The notes under the pieces are model-generated. The model worked only from the letters and a program-made list of their open reading frames with translations. It was not told where the DNA came from and did no database searches. This document shows positions 1 through 14,275 of a stretch of 64,000 bases of DNA, piece by piece (the stretch's first letter is position 1; each line of letters begins with the position of its first letter). The translations under genes and the position numbers were made by a program. The stretch lies in assembly GCA_964016885.1 (NCBI GenBank), contig OZ024742.1, forward strand, positions 70,432,001 to 70,496,000, written 5' to 3'. This DNA is from Eledone cirrhosa. Taxonomy: Eukaryota.

Positions 1-182
1 AACTCCTGGCTGACACCTTACTACTTTCTTGATGGCAGATGGTAGGATTTGAACTCAGAACTGCCCCTGGACCGGTACTTTATTTATCAGGCAGACAGCC
101 AGAACTAATAGTGCAAAGTATTTAGTACAAATTTTTATAACTGCCAATTTGCTGTCAGTGTTATTAAGTGATCTAAATTTAC

Positions 183-267
183 CTTCAGGTCCCTTATTAA
201 TCATTGATCCAAATGCCAAGGGAACACTAGCAGCAGCAGTGTTCAATATATTTCATGAACATTTCCC
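183..267 (-). other. Candidate exon with good splice sites; stops in all frames, late ATG (MINKGPE)
   Basis: ccttcag|GGG...GAAG|gtaaat. Could be a UTR or start exon of a downstream gene. Confidence 0.28.
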
Positions 268-2639
268 CTGAAGGATTTTAACAGAGAAATGCAACAAGTT
301 AAGCTGCAACAGTATGTTGCAAATTCACATCGACAGTGCACTTCTACATCTGCATATCTCTAACACACATACACATCACCTGTGCTCACAACTTTCAAGC
401 CCAGATTCCCCCTGGCAAAGTTAAGATTCCTAGCCAATAATCCCTTAATCTTTTTGTGGTGTTACAGTGATGTGTAGCTGACTAAAACAGTAAGATGATC
501 AGTGGTGAAGGAATCATCTATGATGGATTCTATTTTAATTCCTTAGGCAAGTTATTTTTACTTCCTTCAGTAATAGAGGATAAATTAAGCTTTTGATAAT
601 AGTCTTGAGTACACTATGTAAACAAAACAGAGTCACCATGGTTGGAATGTCTTTAATTACATGTCAGATAAGAAAGCTATGGAGATATCACAGATTGTGA
701 CAATAACAAGTGAACAATATCCCTAAACATAACCTTACAGTAGGTGACAGGGTACCTGCAGAGATTTTGACTTGCTGATGTGGGTTAAATATCCATGACA
801 CAGATGTATAGTGAAGACAAATCTTTTATATATCCCAACCATATTGTGTTTATCAACCAGCATATGAGGATCTTTGGCAGGTTAAGAGACAAATCAGGGA
901 ATAATTCCTCATCACAAGAAAAGGATGTCAAACAAGATTGAACACTCAACTGGTATTCAGTTTATATAACTATATTATATCAGAATTGGTGGTCCAAGGG
1001 AAAGTGCCAAGTCAATAGACTTCAGACGAGGTTTTAATAATAACAGTATTAGAGTTAATTAAAGACAGAAATATTTAGCATATTCTCAGAATAATTTGGT
1101 GATGAAAGGTCTTTTAAAATCAGTGTTTGATAATCTGCAACCTCCTGGGTCAGCGGTTTATAGATTAAATCCTGCTTAATTGATGTTTAACCCCAGGTCA
1201 GACTTGATCGAACAAACCTATGATGAAAGATATTTTATTCATGATAATCTAATTCTGCTTTGTTTTCAAACACAGTGCATTCAGGACTACAATGTCCAAT
1301 GTGCCCTTCCTTATTTAAGACAGTAGGGTGTGATTTGAGGTAGATTTATCTGCTATTTCTAGCAAGCCAGAGCAACCAGGTAAAGGCTCCCTTGTTGTCT
1401 TAAAAGCTTGGTAGATAGATTATGTTATTCGGCTTCTGTGGATACCAAACATGACAAACAACACCAACAATGACCCACTATGTTGATTAGTTAGAAAGAA
1501 GCAGGTTTGATAAACACATACACACAAAACACAAGTGGAAATAATATTTAGAAATCATGCAAAATTAATTCTAATTTACAATTGCCACAATTTGCCCTGA
1601 CCCCTATTTTTGTTATACTCCTCCTGAGATCGAACACTGGCTTGAGAAGGAGAAATTATAGCTGACATACTGTTAATACAGTTATACCAATATGCTCAGT
1701 GATAATCATTTTACAAAACTTTCGATGCTGGTATGGGTTGGATGGGGTGTTACAGTCTGAACTGGTTCTTATTTGGAATTGCTACTGATTAGATGGGTTG
1801 AAGGAACATGTGTCACTCATGTGGCTATCATCATCAACACTACTGCATTGTGATTGAACCAAACACTGAACCAACCTCTGCCTGTTTATCCAGCTGCATA
1901 TGAAGTCCAGATAACAACAGCAGAGCATATGAAGTAACATGGCAAACGAATTTTGTAAATGTCACAATTTGTAGAGCAATACAACCCTGCTGACATGGAA
2001 AAGACAACTGAAAGATGTTTTTCTTTTATTTTTTTTTTTGTTATTTTTTTTTAAATATAACATTCCCATCTTAGCTCTAATTCCTTCAAGCTGCACTCAG
2101 TTTAGTGTGTGATTAAGGGTGAAGTGGACACAGCATGAGTGAAGTCTGCTTTACAGTCACAAGGTCCCAAGTTCAATCGCTCTGAAAGGCAGCTGGGCAA
2201 GTATTTTCTTTATGATATTCTCATGTTTTTAATGATATTCTCATGTCTGAACTGGTTCTTATTTGGAATTACTACTGCTTAGATAGGTTGAAGGAACATG
2301 TGTCACTCATGTGGCTATCATCAACCACACTGCACTGCACTGCATCTTGCAAGCTTTGTGGATGAAATTGAATAGACAGTAACTGCAGAAGCCCATCAGA
2401 TGAACTAAATCTGTAATTCAAATGTCCAGTCAAGTTACATTGGAACATGTTGATTCTTCCTGGTTTATGGAATACTCAGCTACTGATATGCTAATTCAAT
2501 GAGTTGGCAGTCTAGTTGATCAAACAACCAAATACTCAGTGTTAAAACCAAGGGAAAACCACTTATTTTTCCATGTGGAAAGCTGGCTGAAATGGGAGGC
2601 TTTCATCAGAACCACAGATGAAACTATGAGCTAAACCTA

Positions 2640-3620
2640 ACTGTTTACAGCCAAGAGGATTGTACATCACTGTGGTACCTACTTACAGCTAGGTAGACTG
2701 TACCACACTGTGATACCTACTTACAACTAAGAGGGCTGTACTTCACTGTAGTGGCATCTACCTACAGCTAGGTGGACTGTGCATCACTGTGTAGTACCTA
2801 CTTACAGCTAGGAAGACTGTGCATCACTGTGTAGTACCTACTTACAGCTAGGAAGACTGTACATCACCATGTGGTACCTACTTACAGCTAGGTAAACTGT
2901 ACCTCACTGTGGTACCTACTTACAGCTAGGTAAACTGTACCTCACTGTGGTACCTACTTACAGCTAGGTAAACTGTACCTCACTGTGGTACCTACTTACA
3001 GCTAGGTAAACTGTACCTCACTGTGGTACCTACTTACAGCTAGGTAAACTGTACCTCACTGTGGTACCTACTTACAGCTAGGTAAACTGTACCTCACTGT
3101 GGTACCTACTTACAGCTAGGTAAACTGTACCTCACTGTGGTACCTACTTACAGCTAGGTAAACTGTACCTCACTGTGGTACCTACTTACAGCTAGGTAAA
3201 CTGTACCTCACTGTGGTACCTACTTACAGCTAGGTAAACTGTACCTCACTGTGGTACCTACTTACAGCTAGGTAAACTGTACCTCACTGTGGTACCTACT
3301 TACAGCTAGGTAAACTGTACCTCACTGTGGTACCTACTTACAGCTAGGTAAACTGTACCTCACTGTGGTACCTACTTACAGCTAGGTAGACTGTACATCA
3401 CTGTGGTGGTACCTACTTACAGTTAGGTGGACTGTACATCACTGTGGTGGTACCTACTTACAGCTAGGTGGACTGTATATCACTGTGGTACCTACTTACA
3501 GCTAGGTGGACTGTACATCACTGTGGTACCTACTTACAACTAAGAGGACTGTAAGTCACTGTGGTACTTACAGCTAAGGTGACTGTATCTCATTGTGATA
3601 CAGGTAGATGAACTGTACAG
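2640..3620. repeat. 38-bp minisatellite (ctgtacctcactgtggtacctacttacagctaggtaaa)
   Basis: About 13 identical units at ~2873-3388, with diverged units on both sides. Confidence 0.97.
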
Positions 3621-4171
3621 ACATGGAATCTATTAAGACACAGGTAGTGAGTACCTACCATGTACCTTTTTACAGACCAGTAGACTTTACATCCAGATAC
3701 TACCAATTTACATCTAGGTAGTCTTTGTCAGTCTCTTCACTACAAATGCAGTAGGATACAAAGAACAAGGTATGTCTCCCACCACCACCACTTCAGATCA
3801 TAACCCCAGTACTTCATTAACCCAGCTGCAAAGTTGGCAGTTGTAAATTTAAATAATTTTTTTTAAGTTAAAACAAAATTGTTAAAATAAAATAAAAAAT
3901 AATACAAACAAAAATAAAGAAACAAAAGAGAACAAATGATAACGAGTTTGCCAGCACTTGTGGCTCATTCCTTAACGAGGAATGACTTTTAATTAAACTC
4001 AACATACAAAATAAAATCTCATTCAATTAAAGAGAAAACATTTAAAAAACAAACAAACAAAAACATGCAGAGAGTAACAATAAAAACAAGAACAACAAGA
4101 AGCCATTCTGACATATGGTGTAAAATGGACAACGGTCAGTTGAGATGTCTTCATTAGAGGTGGGCGTTGGG

Positions 4172-4231
4172 TCATCTCAGCAGAGTTTCTGGTTTCAATT
4201 TCTTCAGTTTTTGTTTTTCCAGAGTGTTAGG
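4172..4231 (-). CDS. Candidate terminal exon (PNTLEKQKLKKLKPETLLR-stop)
   Basis: attag|CCT...TGA, phase 0, compatible with the donor at 9869 and followed by U-rich UTR-like sequence. The pyrimidine tract is weak. Confidence 0.28.
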   Translation of the reverse strand, partial: PNTLEKQKLKKLKPETLLR

Positions 4232-6040
4232 CTAATATTAGCAGCAATGGATAGTGGCATACATACACATTTGTGTGTGTATGATATGATGTATGTAGTA
4301 TGTGTTGTGTATATATATATATATGTGTGTGTGTATTATAGATGCGTCTGTGTGTTAAAGTATAGTAGCAGTGAGAGGTGTGTTAGTGTGACATTAATGT
4401 AGTGTGTGTTATTTGTGGTGTTGTTCAAATGTTTCTATGCCAAAGTATAAAATATTCATGAGACCTGGAGGGGGTTGCAGTCTTCCCTGATTATATAATC
4501 CCATCCCTTTCAACTAACAACCTCAAAAAAAAAAATTTATTCCTCAGATCAAACACTTCCATATTAGTTACTAGTTAAAATGTTAATGAGATGGGGGGGG
4601 GGGGGGGTTCTCAGAATGTCTATACTTCAACCAATCATGTCAGAAATTTACATTATAAACATATCACAAATGAGAGGAGAAGTATAATTGTTTGAACTGT
4701 TTCCTATATATTACAGGTATCCATGAAACTGACCTGGGAGGTCCTTCAAATGGTCAAGACAGTAAGGAATCAAACAAATATTACTATTTTTGCTTTAATC
4801 CTTGACAGTCATGAGTTCAAATCTAGCCAGTTAACTTTGCATTTTCCAATAAGGTAGATAAAGTAAATGCTAATTACTTTACAAGGTCAATTGTCAGATA
4901 TATACCTTCCAATAAAATTGCCCTTTTATTCTTATTACTATTATTATTATTGTATCGATAGAGCATCGGACAATATGCTTTGGGACATAGAGTTACGCCC
5001 CTTTATGTTATGAGTTCAAATCCCGCTAAGGTTAACTTTGCCTTTCATCCCTACAGGGTCAATAAAATAAAGCACCAGTAATTCACTGAGATACATTTAA
5101 TCGACTTTCCCCCCCTCCCCCAAAATTGTTGGCTTTGTGCTTAAATCAGAAACCATTATTACTATTATTAGTGAAAGTGGTATAAGATCAACCAGACCCG
5201 AGGAGCAGAGACCATTATATTTGCAGTAGAAAATGTAAAGAACACAATACATGTGAGGACCAGAGGTTGAATTCTGTCTCTGAGTGATCTCGTGCAAATT
5301 GTTATACTTTACACACCATACTCATATCATGTTTCTACACATACATTTTACCTAAGCAAGGTTTCAACTTAGAGCGGTGACTTCTTATAGATCCTGATAA
5401 AAAGTCAATGGTTAGGATATTTGCAGCTACTTAGCCCCCAACTCAACTATTATCCAACATACCTATGATCAAGAACATTCTGGTCATAACAAACCTATTT
5501 TCCAGAGAATGCATTTACAACTACATTATCTAATATGACCTTCCCTATAACAGGTAATAGGAAGTGATATAAAACTTTGGCTGCTATTTCTAGCAGGTAA
5601 TGTGATCGCATAAAAAGTGTCAAGTCTCATTATGCTGAGATTAATGTTATACCAACTTGATTTTCCCAACTATCCATGATTTCCATCAGCTATAATGTTA
5701 ATCTGCAATACAGCTGATAGACTGCTATTTATTTTATTTCTATTCATTAAAATCAATACATATATGATAATAAATGGGATATGTGAATTAACACAAAATG
5801 TTGAGGGACAAAATTTCTGTTTCAAATTTTCATTAATTCCCTTTTTACTTTTGGTAAATTCCCATTTTTCCAATTTTAACTTTTGATAAATTCTGTTTTT
5901 CTATTTTATTCTAATTCATGAGTAAATTGAAATAAATTTTAAGATAAATATTATTAAAATGGAAAATAAAATTCTGGCGCAGGCCATAGAGAAGTAGTTT
6001 GCAACATGCAGCCCATGTTTTTGAGACCCCCGGCTCTACA

Positions 6041-6222
6041 GTGGCAGTATCGGTAGAGGGTCGGACGCCATGCTTTGCAGCAAAGAGTTACGGCCCTTTA
6101 TGGTCCGGGTTCAAATCCCGCCGAGGTTAACTTTGCTTTTCATCCTTACAGGGTCGATAAAATAAAGTACCAGTAATGCACTGTGATAATTGCTGGCCTT
6201 GTGCCAAAAGTAGAAATAATTA
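6041..6222 (+). mobile_element. tRNA-derived SINE (dominant local family)
   Basis: A box tggcagtatcgg, B box ggttcaaatcc, shared body gttaactttgc...gataaaataaagtaccag. Confidence 0.88.
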
Positions 6223-6225
6223 TTA

Positions 6226-6400
6226 AACACACATACCCTCTCTATACCATTATTAACCACACATACCCTCTTTACACCATTATTAACCACACATACCATC
6301 TCTATACCATCTCATCTACACCATTATTTACCAAACATCCCCTTTACATTATTATTACTATGCCATAATTAAGCACATCTCTGCTATACCATTATTTACC
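6226..6400. repeat. Short 30-bp tandem repeat
   Basis: Units of cattattaaccacacataccctctctatac. Confidence 0.8.
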
Positions 6401-6786
6401 ACATGTCTTCGCAGGTTTTATCTCTTACTCTATTTTGCCATCACAAACCAAATATTCTTGATGTCTGTGTGTCCACTACAGACCTCTAGGTGCTCCCCCA
6501 GCCCATACCACAAAAGTCATATTTGTTTGGTGTGCATAGATATTTGAATAAACACTAGTATATTTCAAATGTATTTTAGTGACAACACAGAATGATGAAT
6601 ATTGAAGTATATCCCCAGTGAGATTTGATCTCAGCACATAAAATCTGTACCTAAATACCACATCTGCCTTTCCATGGACAGCAACTACTCCGACTAATAA
6701 TAATAATAGTAATAATAATTTCTTTACCGTTATATTTATATAATAATTATCTTAAAGATAAAGAAATCATTATTTTATTAGTAGTA

Positions 6787-6972
6787 ATAATTGTCTCTAC
6801 TTTAGGCACAAGGCCGGCAATTACCCAGTGCATTACTGGTACTTTATTTTATCAACCCCGTAAGGATGAAAAGCAAAGTCAACCTCGGCGGGATTTGAAC
6901 TCAGATCGTAAAGGGATGTAACTATGCTGGAAAGCATGGCGTCCGACCCTCTACTGATACTGCCAATCCACA
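6787..6972 (-). mobile_element. tRNA-derived SINE
   Basis: Reverse-complement copy of the same family. A truncated copy follows at ~7040-7158. Confidence 0.88.
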
Positions 6973-9868
6973 GTAGTAATAATAGTAGTGTACCAGATAG
7001 TACTTTATCAATTCTTCACAGCAAGCTAACATATTTGGTAATAATTGTTTCTACATTTGGAACAAGGCCAGCAATTATCCCAGTGTATTACTGGTACTTT
7101 ATTTTATCGACCCCGTAAGGATGAAAGGCAAAGTTAACCGTGGCGGGATTTGAACTCACTTATTGGTAATAATAATAATAATAATGAAATTGTGTAAAGT
7201 GCTCAGGTGCACTACAACTTGTCAAAGGTGCATGTATAGTACATAGAATAATATACAAATGTCAGGGAAGTGAATAGTATATGAGTCATGATATACATGT
7301 GTGTATGGAGGGGTTGGAAGTGGGGAGCTAGGTCTATTATTATTAATAACAATAAAAACAATAATAATAATAATGATGATTTTTAATGTTAGCACAAAGC
7401 CACAAATTTCTAATGAAGGTACAGTCAAATTAACCCCAATACTTAACAGGTATTTAACTGTATTTTCAAGTAATGGGCTCCAAGAACCACTACTAATTTC
7501 TAGTCACTGAAATTGCCGAAATATTCAGCAGTTTCAGTGATAGCAACCACATTTCTCAGTAAAGTCCCTGTCATAAAGTAGCGATCACAATGTTTGAAAG
7601 GCTCACAGCTAGATATATAGATCAACTGACTGGTCAGACATGGATCTGGATCTATTACAGCACAACTGATAAAGTTGAATTTCAACAAACATGTATTGTT
7701 TAACCTTTTTTATACAAACCTGCCTGAGACTACCCCTGGTTCTATGATAGAAAATTGTCCATATTATTGTGTTTATATTTATAATAAAACCTATCAATTT
7801 CATGTAAGAACATTTCTTTCAGTTACAATCTAAACATCTGATTAATAATGACAAAAATAGTTATTTTATTAAAATCCTCCAAATTCTTTTTAAAAATAAA
7901 TTGCAACACACGAGCAAGAAATATAGTAAGAAAAGAGTTAAAGATAGATTAAGATAGATTTAAATATAAACTAGAGTCACTGCCAGTAGTGTCACGGTAT
8001 GTCAAAACTGTTTTTTATAATTGAATAATTTTATATCGTATGCTCATGTTTATTGTATTAAAGGGGGGAGGGTTAACATTAAGAACAATAAAAATTTTCC
8101 ATAGATTACCCTCTGTAAATTGTTAAAATAAGCGCTGTTTAAGGAACCCCAATTTAATAGATTTAACAAACTAAATAACAATAATAATATAATCTTGTAC
8201 TACCACTAAGGTCATGGTAAAATATTTTGCAACTATACAGTCAAAAGTGAAGTAAAAATTACTCTATAATAATTTGATAATTCTATATTGTGAACTTATG
8301 TACATTGTATTAAAGCTTTGTTGTTTTTTTTTTTTAAATATTAAAACCAATAAAAATGACATCTAGGTTACCTTTGATTTAACAGACATCTTCCTATCTC
8401 ACTAGTCCCTTAAATCAAGGGTATGCTGCATTTGTAGGTGAATCATTATAGTAACTGATATTAAAAAGAAACAGGATGTGATTCTGATAGCAAACTACTT
8501 AACTGTGAAATAGATGTGGTATCTACTGTCAACCAAATAGACTGAGACTCAGTGTCACAACAGCTGTACCAAGATTATGAACTCATGTTGCCATTTCAAC
8601 AGTTATTCCCCTCTCCCTAAAGGGTTATAATACATTTGTTGATGAGAAAACTAAATTACAGTAGCCAAAATATTATAGAAATGAGACTGTATCAAATGTT
8701 CTAAGCGATAATTAATTGGTGTGAATACATAACTTGACTAGAGATACAACACACTGACTACTGCAGAGACAGACTCTCATCTTTGGTTTAATCAGCTATA
8801 TATCTAAAATCCCTGCCATTATACGGAAATAAATATGTCGATATATACACTAATGAAATACATTCACTATCATCACCAACTAAAAATGATGAGTGTATTT
8901 CAGAAGAAAGCATCACAAAGTTATGAGACATCAGGGGAGGTAATACTGTGTTACACCTCATTGATGTCATTCACACCACTGTGATGTCACTGATCATCCT
9001 ATGATGTCACACCAGCCTATGATGTCATACCACACTGTGATGTCACACATCAGAGAGGTATGACAGTGTGGTGAAGTGAAGTCACATAAATATAAACAAA
9101 AAACTCCACAATGTACAAAAATAGATTAAAAGGTCAATTTAAAAAAATAAAAATTAATGTCTCTGGGTGATTGAAATCTAGAAAACAAATACACCTTCCA
9201 CAACATCTTTTGTTTTAAAGCTATGAACATTATCTAAATTTACCTGCAGTACTTAAAATATTGGTCCCAAAAGAAGTGTATATGGGTGTGTGTGATCACA
9301 GGAAGAAAACATTTCAAATAGATTATAACATATTTACAAAAAAAAAAAAAAAAGATTTTAATTAAACATAGAAGACACCGGTCTCAGAAGCAGCTAACTG
9401 AACCTATAAATACATTTCCAGAATGATCTCAAAATATTTTTCAATAAACCTAAAATTAAGATTTAACTGACACCATTTACACTATTTCCAAAATTTTCCA
9501 CAAAAAGAATAAAACCAAAATGAAATACATCCAGTCACTGAGACATGATTAAAACAAAGGGTCGCATTAGATACAGCCCATTTTTCATTGAGGATAGCAG
9601 TCATGGCTGTGACAAACCCCCTCTCATGAGGCTGGCAATGTGTATTGTTATAATAACCTTCCTTAAGTCTGAACTGACATCATCTTGGGTGTTATATGTA
9701 CATATATACATGTAAATAACTATGAATGAACATGTGTAATTGTGGTGTGTAAATATACTCGTGTGTCTGTGTGCACAAATGTGGGTAGTATAATTATTTA
9801 CTAGAAAACATGTAAGCAAAAGAAATTGGGACAAAAAGGAAAATGAAGGCAAGTAAACAGATTCTCAC

Positions 9869-11639
9869 CGTTTTCTCAGCTTCAAGTTTGGTGTCATAAT
9901 CGCTAGTGGATTCCCTGAGTATTTGCTCATATTCAGCTACACTTATCACAGATTCAGAAGTCTGACACTGACCATCACACTGTTTTGGCCGAGCAGCAAG
10001 CTGCTTGTATTCCAGCAGCTCAGCTTGAGTCTGTTCTAAGTTGGCCTCACACTCAGCCAGTTTGGAAGTGAGATTTTGGTTCAGCTCAGACATGGCAGCA
10101 TTGTGAGTGGTAGACAGTTCACATTGTAGTGAATGTAATGCCTGCTCTTTCTCCTCACTCAACTCAGACTGCATCAACATATATTTCTCCTCCAGATTTG
10201 CATAATCCAATTTCAGGGATTCTAAGGAAGCTGTGTGTTCTTTAATCAGCAGCTGCTTTGCTTCCTCGACAGCCTGCATTTTCTCAGAGATGAAACTGCT
10301 TTCCAGTTTTTCAATCAACTCTGCTTTCTCCTTCTTCGTAGTTTCAGAGAACGTATCAGACATGTTTAACATGTCTTGTGTTAACTGATCCACTTTAGAC
10401 TGTGCACATTGCAGATTACTTGATGTCTGTGACAGCTCCTCATCTTTCTTTTCAAGGAGTTCTTGATACTCACTACTTTGTTTTTCAAGCCTGACATCCA
10501 TCTCCTTCAGATATTTATCACTTAACTGCTTTAAACTTTTCTCTTTCTCGTCTTCTAAAAAACTTATCTTTTCACTGAGCAACTCACACTGATTTTTATT
10601 CTGCCGCAGCTCCTCTTCAAGACAGCTGTTTTCTTGTTCCATCTCCTTCATCTGTTCATTGGCCTTACCAAGTTTCTCAGTCATCGTATGAAGTGCGGTT
10701 TCGTGTTCTTTCTGGAAAGCCAAAAAATTATCTGCACGTTCTTTGTCTTTATTTTCATTGAAAACATGGATAGCATCCATAAGGTTTTCCTGGACATGAC
10801 TCGCATTTGTTATAAACTCTATTTGATTTTGCCGCATCAGTTCATGTAGTTCACACAGTTGTTCACGGAACTCTGGCAGGCTGCGCTCTGTTGTGTTTTT
10901 AAGAGCTTTCAGTTTGTCTAACGTGACACCAAAGCTGGCACGACAGGCTTGCAGTTCCCGAGAGAGTTTCTCTGATAGTGCACACTTCTCCTGCAGCATC
11001 TTCTGTAAGTCTTCTTTTGGCATTCCCTTATGTAACGGAGCTTCAATAGACGATGGCATAGACTCATCAAAGTAAAAATCAGCTGTGGTAAATTCCTGTG
11101 AAGTTTCCACTTCAGGAGAAGTGTCTGATGCCAGATGGCCTTTCCAGTGATGTCTTCGACTAGAAACACTCTCACTGCTCTGTTCAACACTCTGATTGAC
11201 TGCATCAGCATCACATGAGAGACGGTAGCTGTCACTGGTTCCTGCTTGTGTATCACAAACCAGTTTAGCAGGAGATTCAGATTTTATCATCAAATCTTCT
11301 TTTTCTATGCAATAATCTTCAGCATCAATGGCAACAGCTGCTGCATCAGGTAACTGTGTGCCAAAATCAAGATCAGGGAGTGTTTGGCAACAATTGTCAC
11401 TACTTTGAGTATGTGGAGAGTTGACGATAGTAAATGGACAGATGTTCTGAGATGTAGCAGTAGCAACATCAATAGCAGATACTGACTGGCTGGCTTCTTC
11501 CTTCTTCCCTTCTGTGTTGGTCACTTTCAATGATAATCTTTCTTCGACCAGCTCTGGAGAAATGTTACGAAGCTCCTGGAACACTTTCTCGCTGACATTT
11601 AAACAAAGTTGAGTGTAAATATTTTTCTTTGGAGGCATT
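9869..11639 (-). CDS. RB1CC1: RB1CC1 large exon: Ser/acidic disordered linker followed by a long coiled coil (590 codons)
   Basis: ttccag|A ATG...ACG|gtgaga. Corresponds to ORF 9794..11638, with E/K/L/Q-rich heptads, and its phase fits the previous exon. Confidence 0.92.
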
Positions 11640-12312
11640 CTGGAAAAGATAAGACAGAAGAAAAATAAATTTTTTCACAGAGAATTAACAGCAGATGATT
11701 AACAATAATCAGGTTAATTAACAACAGGAAATCTATGAAATGACTGAACAATCAGATACATTAGTTTCAATTCTTGATTTAGCCCCAGCCAAACTAATTT
11801 TACTGCCACTCTAGTTCCTTTTCCATGTAACCCCAACTCAATCTACCAATCCTTCTATTCCACAACTACATCACCCTGTAATTGTCTCCTGTCCTCTTCT
11901 TTCTTCAACATTAACACATTTACCCTAATTATCTCTCACCTCAGCTATACAAGACACTAAAATAACCTAGGAGCACTGACCCTTCACTGAAAGTTTACAA
12001 CAAACAGAAAAACTATTAAAGATCATCATCATCATCTTTGTTTAACGTCCATCTTCCATGCTAGCATGGGTTAGACGGGAGTTGTCCCACTTGAGGCAAG
12101 GTTGGCCGGGTGACCGTGTCTCGCTCATATAGGACTATCTGGCAGGTTTTCTACAGCTGGATGCCCTTCCTAACACCAAAGATAAGGAGAAAAATGGTTG
12201 CCAGAACTCAAATTAACAAATCAACCCACACAAACCACAAACCCAAACTGCCCCCATCCAAACACCCTGTATACCCACATCACAACAACAATAAGAAAAT
12301 AGAGGCACTCAC

Positions 12313-12413
12313 GTGATTGAACTGGCTAATTCTGGAACAGCTGTCTTCAACCTTTCAATGTCATCCGGTGTTATCTCCGGTATGTTGTGATCGAAAGTAC
12401 GTGGAGGGGTTGT
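12313..12413 (-). CDS. RB1CC1: RB1CC1 coding exon (TTPPRTFDHNIPEITPDDIERLKTAVPELASSI)
   Basis: cctcag|ACA...AC|gtgagt, phase 0 to 2. P..FD..[LI]P.I...D motif. Confidence 0.9.
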
Positions 12414-12419
12414 CTGAGG

Positions 12420-12860
12420 AGTGAGAAGAACATTGATATGGCTCAGTGAGTAAAGGGAGGAATGCTGATATGGTTCAGTGACTGGGAGAGTGAGAAAAAC
12501 ATGGCTCAGTGAATACGGATGAGAGGAACATCAATATGGTTTAGTGAAGGAGAGGGAAAAAAAGATTAATATACTTCTGTTAAGAGAGAGAAGAATCACA
12601 ACATGGTTCAGTATGGGAAAACATCAATATGGTATTGTGAGTTGGGAGAAGAGCATCAATATGGCTCAGACATTGGGGAAGAACATTGATATAGCTCAGA
12701 AAGTAGAGGGAAACATGCTGATATGGTTCAGTGACTTTGGGGAAGAACAGATATGGTACAGTGACTTAGGGGAGAGAAGAATGTCAATGTTTCAGTATAG
12801 CAGAAACATTGATATAGTTCAATGCATAGGCAAATGAGGTGGGAAGAATACTTGGTTCAG
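12420..12860. repeat. Degenerate ~35-bp minisatellite
   Basis: Recurring gagaagaacattgatatggttcagtg. Confidence 0.8.
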
Positions 12861-14275
12861 TAGGAGGGGGTGAAAGAGTTATTCTGTCGCCCACTTTACC
12901 ACCACTATTTGGCTGTTGGGTGCCTTTAGCAGAATCCACTCTATTGCAGGCATAGAGGCCAGGCCTCAAGTTTGAGGATGCCTCCTCCTTTCCTCCTACC
13001 TACAAGTATCAGAGACCCTGAAAAGGGCTATACTTGAACTCAAAATGTAATGAGCCAGAACAAATACTGGTGAGAATTTGTTTGACATTCTAACAACTCT
13101 GCCAACCCACCGCCTTTGTACCCTTTACAATAATAATTTCTCTATTGATGTCAGAAAAAATAAAGCATAAATTTGCAGGGAGGCAACAGTTGTCAAATTT
13201 TAACCCAGTATTTGAATAGTACTTTATTTACCCTGGAAGGGTGAAAACCAATGTCAATCTTGATGTGTTTGAACTTAAAATGTAAAAAGATGTAACTAAG
13301 TACTATAAATATTTAGAGATTAACAAATACACGCATACATTCTTACTTCTAATAACTCAACCAGGAAACAAACTGAGCAACACCTGTTGTCAACTAAGTA
13401 TATATATAATACACTGGCTGTAGTAAGATTTGAACTTAGGACCCAAACTTAGTGTATCCATATCTCCAAAATATGACAGAAAATATACATACCACCTCAA
13501 TTATTAACCCTTCAATATCAACCTACCAAAAAGCAACTGTATTACACAGTTCATACTTATATGAAAAATCTTAACTGAAAACTTGTTACAAGATAAATGA
13601 TGTGATGTTTCAGTAAGTAAAATATCCCATCATAGTTTTACATAATATCATTTTGTTATGTTGTGTTCCAAATGTCAACTAATAGACCAATACATAAAGT
13701 TAGTTATTTTATTATACCTCCTCCACCTACTTCACCAAACAATTGATTATTTTAGAAATTAATAGAAATACAAATATTTCTACTGGGTAGAAATATAATT
13801 ATGAAATGTTTCAGTTTATTATTAAAATGTAAGAAATGTGTGCCATGTACAGCCCATTCTCATAGGTCCCTGATACAATCATGTCTTAAACTATGAGTGC
13901 CTAGGTTGTATCTTATGAGCCAGGTCTTACATTAAAAGTATCTAGTATAGTAAAATCTTATCTTATGAATGTCTAGTACAATCAGGTGTTATCTTGAGCT
14001 CCTGTCCTAAACCATCTTCCAAAGAAACATATTAAAGAGACAGCTAGTATGGAGAAGGGAACATGTTTGGATCTTGCACTCTATACCACCACCATCATGT
14101 TAGGTAAGAGATGTATATATATATAGGTATCTTGAACTATCCTAACTTCCAATGCAACCCACCATGATGATAAGAGGAGGAGGAAGTAATGAAAACTGAA
14201 AGAGAGAGAGATGACCAACATATCAACTTGAATCATCATCAACAACAACAAACAATATTTAACAAGTTAACTTAC

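Noticed and set aside
2640-3620. 38-bp repeats as a CRISPR array
   Set aside because: Head-to-tail units with no unique spacers, no cas genes, and a eukaryotic context.
8960-9080. Cluster of TGATGTCA motifs as CRE/ATF-like sites
   Set aside because: Explained by a short degenerate tandem repeat; no independent evidence of regulation.
9794-11638. Stand-alone 614-aa gene with a hydrophobic C-terminus
   Set aside because: It is an internal RB1CC1 exon; the hydrophobic tail is intron read-through after the donor at 9869.
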